Source: Bacteroidales bacterium
GTDB lineage: Bacteria > Bacteroidota > Bacteroidia > Bacteroidales > UBA3663
Assembly: GCA_045642245.1 (NCBI GenBank)
Contig: JAZUIL010000116.1
Coordinates: 1-46,770, forward strand
DNA: 46,770 nucleotides
Reading direction: 5' to 3'
In this document: piece by piece, positions 41,294 to 46,770 of the stretch
Position numbering within the stretch: position 1 is the stretch's first letter
How the letters are laid out: every line of letters begins with the position of its first letter
Notes under the pieces: generated by a model
Databases searched by the model: none
What the model saw: only the letters and a program-made list of their open reading frames with translations
Told to the model about the DNA's origin: nothing
Translations under genes and position numbers: made by a program

Positions 41294-43174
41294 TTATTCT
41301 ACAGTCACAGATTTAGCCAAGTTTCGAGGCTGATCGACGTTGAGTCCCTTGCTGACCGCTACATGATATGAAAGCAACTGCAAAGGAATTACTGAGAGCA
41401 ATGGGGTGAGGCAAGAGAGTGTTTCTGGCACTTCAATATAGTCTTCAACCATGTTCTTGACGGTATCGTCCCCTTCATTGATTATAGCAAGAATCCGACC
41501 CTTACGAGAGATGACTTCTTGTAGGTTAGATATTACTTTCTGATAACGACGATGGTGGTTCGTGAGGAAGACTACAGGCATCTGATCATCGATTAATGCA
41601 ATAGGTCCATGCTTCATCTCTGCTGCAGGATATCCTTCTGCATGAATATAACTAATCTCCTTCAGTTTGAGCGCACCTTCAAGCGCTACAGGATAATTAT
41701 AACCACGACCCAAATAAAGGATGTTACGAGCGTAAGTTAAAGTCTGTGCTATCCGCTGGATCTTGTCATTCTGCTTCAAAACAACTTCTATCTTCTCGGG
41801 AATTCGCTGAAGTTCTTGAATGGTCTCTTCGTATTCATCCTGAGAAACCGTTCCCTTCGCCATACCCAGAGCTAAAGCAATAAGCGTAAGTACCACAACC
41901 TGACCTGTAAATGCCTTTGTAGAAGCAACACCGATCTCAGGGCCCACGTGTATATATGTACCCGTGTGCGATTCGCGCGCGATAGAGCTTCCTACGCCAT
42001 TCACAATACCAAAGACAAGAGCGCCTTGCTCTTTTGCAATCTGAATAGCTGCCAATGTGTCTGCAGTCTCTCCTGATTGAGAAATTGGAATGATGACATC
42101 ATCTGGCTCAATGACTGGCTCCGAATAACGGAACTCGCTCGCATAGGCTACCTCAACTGGAATACGGCAGAAATGTTCTATCAGCTGTTTGCCAATAAGA
42201 CCAGCATGCCATGAAGTACCACAAGAAACAATGACTATTCTTCGAGCGCGAAGTAACTGTCGGCGGTTATTTGTGACAGCAGAGAGAACAACCTGTGGAC
42301 CTTGTCCATATGGAGATTCTACAATTCGACCTCTCATACAATCCTTGAGGACATTTGGCTGATCGAAGATCTCCTTAAGCATGAAGTGCGGATATCCATC
42401 ATGATCGAGCATACTGAGATCAAGATCTACTTCAGTAACGGCATGTTCGGTAACTTCTCCCTTGAGAGTCATAACTTTGACATCCTGACCACATTTAACC
42501 TCCGCTACTTCCTCATCATTGAGATAGATAATACTCTTCGTATATTCAGCAATAGGACTTGCATCTGAAGCGATGAAGAATTCACTCTCCTCCTCACCAA
42601 TACCAATGGCTAAAGGACTACTCTTACGAGCACAGACCAAAGTATCTGGACAACGCTTGTCTATCACAGCAATAGCATAGGCACCGATAACTAACTGGAG
42701 AGCATGACGTACAGACTCAATCAGATTGGTCTTTCTCAACTCCATTGTGTATTCAATGAGCTGAACCAATACTTCAGTATCAGTCTCCGATTGGAATTTA
42801 TAGCCTCTCTTCTCTAATTGCTTTCGCAATGATGAATAGTTTTCGATGATACCATTGTGTACCAAAGTAATATTACCGCTCTGCGAAAGATGAGGATGTG
42901 CATTAACTTCTGATGGTGCGCCATGAGTTGCCCAACGGGTGTGTGCAATACCTAATTGGGCATCTGGAGTAACACCTTTACCTAAGGCGTTATCAACAAC
43001 TTTTTCAAGGTCAGAAACCTTACCCTTTGCTTTATATATATTCAGAGAATTGTCTTCAGAAGAGATAAGTGCACAACCTGCACTATCATAGCCACGATAT
43101 TCCAAACGATGTAATCCCTTAATCAGGATAGGATAAGCCTGACGGGTACCGATATAACCTACAATGCCGCACAT
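41294..43174 (-). CDS. glmS: Glutamine--fructose-6-phosphate aminotransferase (isomerizing)
   Basis: It has an MCGIVGYIG N-terminal nucleophile and RWATHG, two SIS domains (SQSGETADT), and a canonical KSVTVE C-terminus. Confidence 0.97.
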   Translation of the reverse strand: MCGIVGYIGTRQAYPILIKGLHRLEYRGYDSAGCALISSEDNSLNIYKAKGKVSDLEKVVDNALGKGVTPDAQLGIAHTRWATHGAPSEVNAHPHLSQSGNITLVHNGIIENYSSLRKQLEKRGYKFQSETDTEVLVQLIEYTMELRKTNLIESVRHALQLVIGAYAIAVIDKRCPDTLVCARKSSPLAIGIGEEESEFFIASDASPIAEYTKSIIYLNDEEVAEVKCGQDVKVMTLKGEVTEHAVTEVDLDLSMLDHDGYPHFMLKEIFDQPNVLKDCMRGRIVESPYGQGPQVVLSAVTNNRRQLLRARRIVIVSCGTSWHAGLIGKQLIEHFCRIPVEVAYASEFRYSEPVIEPDDVIIPISQSGETADTLAAIQIAKEQGALVFGIVNGVGSSIARESHTGTYIHVGPEIGVASTKAFTGQVVVLTLIALALGMAKGTVSQDEYEETIQELQRIPEKIEVVLKQNDKIQRIAQTLTYARNILYLGRGYNYPVALEGALKLKEISYIHAEGYPAAEMKHGPIALIDDQMPVVFLTNHHRRYQKVISNLQEVISRKGRILAIINEGDDTVKNMVEDYIEVPETLSCLTPLLSVIPLQLLSYHVAVSKGLNVDQPRNLAKSVTVE

Positions 43175-43233
43175 ATAAATAAGTAAAATTGGTTAAAAAA
43201 GAGAAATGTAAAACAAATACCACTTTCTCGGGA

Positions 43234-43241
43234 CAAATATA
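43234..43241 (-). promoter_or_regulatory. Bacteroidota -7 box (TATATTTG) for glmS
   Basis: The reverse complement of CAAATATA lies 60 nt upstream of the glmS ATG and downstream of the ilvC hairpin. Confidence 0.5.
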
Positions 43242-43293
43242 GATATTTTGCTATTTTTTTCCAACTTTTTCTTGTTTTTTGTCATAAAAAATA

Positions 43294-43337
43294 ATATTTC
43301 CAGCCACTATTCATCGAAAAATAGCAACTGGAAATAA
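43294..43337 (-). terminator. Imperfect hairpin plus T-run downstream of ilvC
   Basis: ATATTTCCAG pairs with CTGGAAATA(A) around an internal loop, followed by a TTTTTT run on the minus strand. Confidence 0.5.
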
Positions 43338-43398
43338 TATTTTTAGAGTATTTCCCATAATCAAGTCCTTCCTGGACATGAAAAACGGGGACACATTT

Positions 43399-44442
43399 TT
43401 AGTTGTTCTCTGGACGGAGCTTACGTACAGTAACAGCAGTCTGCCACATCTCTGACTCGCGGAGAGCCTTGAGCTCTGCCTCGAGACCCTGACGGTAGTC
43501 TGGCTTAGAGTTAGCATCGATAGAGATCTGTGCCTCGTTACCGGTCTTTACTGAGTTGTAGAGCTTCTCAACAACTGGCTTGCAAGCGTCATGGAATGGA
43601 CCCATCCAGTCGAGAGCACCACGCTGAGCGGTGGTTGAGCAGTTAGCATACATCCAGTCCATACCGTTCTTAGCGAAGAGTGGCATGAGTGACTGAGTGA
43701 GCTCCTCAACGGTCTCGTTGAATGCCTCTGATGGAGAGTGACCGTTCTCACGGAGAACCTCGTACTGTGCGAGGAGAAGACCCTGGATAGCGCCCATGAG
43801 TGAACCACGCTCGCCGGTGAGGTCAGAAGTAGCCTCGCGCTGGAAAGTAGTCTCGAACATGTAACCAGAACCGATACCGATACCGAGAGCAAGGGTACGA
43901 TCCATTGCCTTGCCAGTAGCGTCCTGATATACTGCGTATGAAGAGTTGAGGCCACGACCCTCGAGGAACATGGTACGGAGTGAAGTACCAGAACCCTTAG
44001 GAGCAACCATGATTACGTCATAATCCTTACCAGGAACAACGCCAGTGCGATCGTTCCAAGTGATAGCGAAGCCGTGTGAGAAGTAGAGAGCCTTACCTGG
44101 GGTAAGATAGTTCTTCAAAGTAGGCCATACGCTCATTACAGCTGCGTCAGAGAGCAAGCACATGATGATGGTAGCCTTCTCAGCTGCCTCCTCGATAGAG
44201 AAGAGGGTCTGACCAGGAATCCAACCGTCAGAAACAGCCTTCTCATAGGTCTTACCTGCACGCTGGCCAACGATTACGTTGAAGCCATTGTCACGAAGGT
44301 TCAATGACTGACCAGGACCCTGTACACCATAACCAATAACTGCGATGGTCTCATCCTTGAGGATCTCACGAGCCTTCTCAAGTGGGAACTCCTCACGCAT
44401 TACGACGTTCTCAATAACGCCACCAAAGTTTAACTGTGCCAT
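43399..44442 (-). CDS. ilvC: Ketol-acid reductoisomerase (class I)
   Basis: IGYGVQGPGQSLNLRDNG, MVAPKGSG, ERGSLMG and CSTTAQRGALDW are present. Confidence 0.96.
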   Translation of the reverse strand: MAQLNFGGVIENVVMREEFPLEKAREILKDETIAVIGYGVQGPGQSLNLRDNGFNVIVGQRAGKTYEKAVSDGWIPGQTLFSIEEAAEKATIIMCLLSDAAVMSVWPTLKNYLTPGKALYFSHGFAITWNDRTGVVPGKDYDVIMVAPKGSGTSLRTMFLEGRGLNSSYAVYQDATGKAMDRTLALGIGIGSGYMFETTFQREATSDLTGERGSLMGAIQGLLLAQYEVLRENGHSPSEAFNETVEELTQSLMPLFAKNGMDWMYANCSTTAQRGALDWMGPFHDACKPVVEKLYNSVKTGNEAQISIDANSKPDYRQGLEAELKALRESEMWQTAVTVRKLRPENN

Positions 44443-44662
44443 AATAAAATTTAAAATTTATAATGTATAATGTATAATTGTTTGTCTACGATTTTCTCTA
44501 CACCCAAAGAATAATTCTTGTCAATAATCTCCGTCAAAAGAAATCAAAGAAAACCTTTTTTTCTATCAGATTTGATTTCTTTTGTTTCTTTGATGGAAGA
44601 AAATATCTAAAGAAGATATATTCTCTCAAGATTCAATAAAAGATCTTTTGGAAAGATAGACT

Positions 44663-45238
44663 TTAGCACTCCTCGTCATTAATACCCTCCTCGAGGAAGC
44701 TGAACTGCTGGTTCTGCTGCTCCTTGAGGAACTCTGATACGCGCTCCACCTTGTCACGTGTGATAGCTACTACACCGCTTCGGGTATACTGCAGCACACA
44801 CTTGTACTTAGCAAGTTTCTTATAGAGGTCATCGACTGCAGCTGGCTTGACGCAAAGCTGCATGGTGGTATAAGTCTCGTTAATCTCAAGGATCTTAGCA
44901 CCTGAGTGACGTACGAAACGCGAGATCTCAGGATTCGCCATTACGATAGGAGTAGAAACCTTGAAGATAGCCACCTCGCTGACGAATATCTCCTCTTCAA
45001 CATAGAAGTTAGCCTTAATCACATCCACCTTACGCTCGATCTGCTTCACGAGCTTCTTAGCCTGAGCTTCATCAGTAATGACCGTAACGGTGTATTTGTG
45101 GACGTTAGGGATACCCGAAGGAGATACATTGAGACTCTCGATGTTGACCTGATTACGAGTAAAGACAGCCGTAACGAGATTCAAGACACCGACTACGTTC
45201 TCCGAATAGATAAGTATTGTATATAACTTCTTTTCCAT
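44663..45238 (-). CDS. ilvN: Acetolactate synthase small (regulatory) subunit
   Basis: The ACT-domain start is ILIYSENVVGVLNLVTAVFTRNQVNIESLNV. Its start codon overlaps the ilvB stop (TAATG at 45236-45240). Confidence 0.88.
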   Translation of the reverse strand: MEKKLYTILIYSENVVGVLNLVTAVFTRNQVNIESLNVSPSGIPNVHKYTVTVITDEAQAKKLVKQIERKVDVIKANFYVEEEIFVSEVAIFKVSTPIVMANPEISRFVRHSGAKILEINETYTTMQLCVKPAAVDDLYKKLAKYKCVLQYTRSGVVAITRDKVERVSEFLKEQQNQQFSFLEEGINDEEC

Positions 45239-46770
45239 TAGTTTGCCTCCTTCTCTAACATCATATCATTGACCGAAGCACCAGGTGCTGTCATTGGCAT
45301 CACATCATCCTCCTCCATGATGATGGTCTCGAGGAAGAATGGCCCATCTGTCTTCAACGCCTGCTGAATAGCAGCTGGCAAGTCCTTACGATCCTTCACC
45401 TTAAGATATGGGATCTTGTAGGCCGAACAGATTTCCTCATAGTTCGGATTGAGCATATGAGTGAAAGCATATCGCTTCTGGAAGAACATATTCTGCCACT
45501 GACGTACGTTGCCAAGGAAGTTATTGTTCATCAGGACGATCTTCACAGGGCAATGATACTCCATGATGGTACCCAATTCCTGAATGGTCATCTGCAGACC
45601 ACCGTCACCCATGAATGCGAAGACTGGACGCTCCTTCTCACCGAAGGTAGCACCAATAGCAGCTGGCAAACCGAAACCCATGGTACCGAGGCCACCGCTG
45701 GTGATGATCGAACGTGGCGTATTGTATTTTGAATAGCGAGTCGAGAACAACTGGTTCTGGCCTACGTCAGTCACCGTCACACCCATACCCTTAGTAGCCT
45801 CAGCCACAGCGTTAGCCACCTCACCCATGAGCAATGGACCTTCAGTAGGATATAAAGCCTTCTTTACGACCTTCTCCTGCTCCTTCTCGCGGAGTGGCTG
45901 GAAGCTCTCGATCCATTCCTTATGATCTGCCTCGTTGATCATCGAAGTCAACATTGGCAGTGACTCCTTACAGTCAGCCACGACAGCCACATCGACCTGC
46001 ACGTTCTTGTTGATCTCGGCATGGTCGATATCGAGATGAATGACCTTGGCCTGTTTCAGATAAGTAGCCAGATTACCGGTCACACGATCAGAGAATCGCA
46101 TACCGATGGCAATCACCACGTCAGCCTCCTGCTGCTTGATGTTAGGCGCATAGTTACCATGCATACCCAGCATACCCATGTTCAATGGATGGTTCGATGG
46201 CAAAGCCGAAAGACCTAACATGGTGCGACCTGCAGGAATATTAGCCTTCTCAAGGAAAGCCTTCAGCTCCTCATGAGCGCCTGCGAGCTCTACACCCTGA
46301 CCAACGAGTGCCAATGGCTTCTTAGCACCATTGATCAATGCAGCAGCAGCCTCAAGCTTCTCCTGCTTTGGACGAGGACATGGGATATATGAACGAACGA
46401 AATTTACTGTCTCAGGAACATATTCACACTTGGTGACCTGTGCATTCTTAGGGAAATCAAGCACCACAGGACCAGGACGACCAGACTTAGCCAAGTAATA
46501 AGCCTTGCTAACGGCCCAAGGAATATCCTCAGGACGGCGGATCTGATAGACCCACTTACAGATTGGCTGAGCCACAGTAATCAAGTCAAGTTCCTGGAAA
46601 GCATCTGTACCGAGTACGCTAACGCCTACCTGACCTGCAATCACTACCACAGGAGTAGAGTCGATCATCGCATCAGCAATGCCGGTAAGCGTATTAGCCA
46701 CACCAGGACCACTGGTTACAATGACAGTACCTACTTTGCCACTGACACGAGCATACCCTTGTGCCGCATG
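45238..46770 (-). CDS. ilvB: Acetolactate synthase large subunit (ThDP-dependent), 5' end outside the window
   Basis: The frame stays open to the window edge (HAAQGYARVSGKVGTVIVTSGPGVANTLTG precedes the tracked Met). GQVGVSVLGTDAFQE and the ThDP motif GDGGLQMTIQELGT...NN are present. Confidence 0.95.
   Translation of the reverse strand, partial: HAAQGYARVSGKVGTVIVTSGPGVANTLTGIADAMIDSTPVVVIAGQVGVSVLGTDAFQELDLITVAQPICKWVYQIRRPEDIPWAVSKAYYLAKSGRPGPVVLDFPKNAQVTKCEYVPETVNFVRSYIPCPRPKQEKLEAAAALINGAKKPLALVGQGVELAGAHEELKAFLEKANIPAGRTMLGLSALPSNHPLNMGMLGMHGNYAPNIKQQEADVVIAIGMRFSDRVTGNLATYLKQAKVIHLDIDHAEINKNVQVDVAVVADCKESLPMLTSMINEADHKEWIESFQPLREKEQEKVVKKALYPTEGPLLMGEVANAVAEATKGMGVTVTDVGQNQLFSTRYSKYNTPRSIITSGGLGTMGFGLPAAIGATFGEKERPVFAFMGDGGLQMTIQELGTIMEYHCPVKIVLMNNNFLGNVRQWQNMFFQKRYAFTHMLNPNYEEICSAYKIPYLKVKDRKDLPAAIQQALKTDGPFFLETIIMEEDDVMPMTAPGASVNDMMLEKEAN

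Noticed and set aside
43311-44006. Minus-strand ORFs 43311-43517 and 43548-44006.
   Set aside because: The second is an alternative frame inside ilvC. The first overlaps the ilvC 3' end and its terminator. Neither has family features.
887-46218. All plus-strand ORFs in the supplied track (for example 887-1105, 6348-6740, 12301-13182, 14166-14747 and 45457-45732).
   Set aside because: Each lies entirely antisense within a strongly supported minus-strand gene, has no recognisable family signature, and has low-complexity or odd composition. They are typical shadow ORFs.

Overview
All 41 gene calls in this window lie on the minus strand. The window looks like a Bacteroidota chromosome, probably Prevotella/Bacteroides-like. 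That guess is inferred from TAnnTTTG -7 promoter boxes, the absence of Shine-Dalgarno sites, AT-rich intercistronic spacers and the protein families present.

Gene order in minus-strand transcription order (right to left):
- Housekeeping genes: ilvB (partial), ilvN and ilvC, then glmS (41.3-46.8 kb).
- A long mosaic surface-polysaccharide (CPS/O-antigen-type) region of about 41 kb, split into several transcription units by recognisable promoters and Rho-independent terminators.
- (i) An AT-rich operon at 16.9-40.9 kb. It holds a DUF4910-like protein, several GT2 and GT4 transferases, Wzy, Wzx, two LbH acyltransferases, an SDR/SpsF-like/NeuB-like ulosonic-acid module, two paralogous lipoproteins (one with a CotH kinase domain), and an FkbH/VOC/ACP/AAC(3)-like acyl-carrier cassette.
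- (ii) The initiating phosphoglycosyl transferase plus a CapE/FnlA-type dehydratase.
- (iii) A CapD/WbpM-type dehydratase.
- (iv) tagD, a second Wzx, an unknown 503-aa protein, a tandem FdtA, an FdtB-like aminotransferase and a GT8-like transferase.
- (v) fcl, gmd and a cytidylyltransferase-fold/GHMP-kinase fusion, followed by a 3'-truncated ugd at the window edge.

I recognised no rRNA, tRNA, CRISPR array, transposase or integrase.

The most unusual signal is a set of short in-frame extra segments in the leftmost 7 kb. Three are near-identical 33-nt (GTGAGGA)4 cassettes that each encode NSSLLTPHSSL, in two different sugar-nucleotide genes. There is a 33-nt AT-rich repeat cassette in gmd, a GC-rich extra segment in the aminotransferase, and a palindrome-bearing extra segment in the truncated ugd.

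A promoter- and terminator-bounded non-coding unit of about 300 nt, full of TTGCCAC heptamers and nested inverted repeats, sits upstream of fcl.
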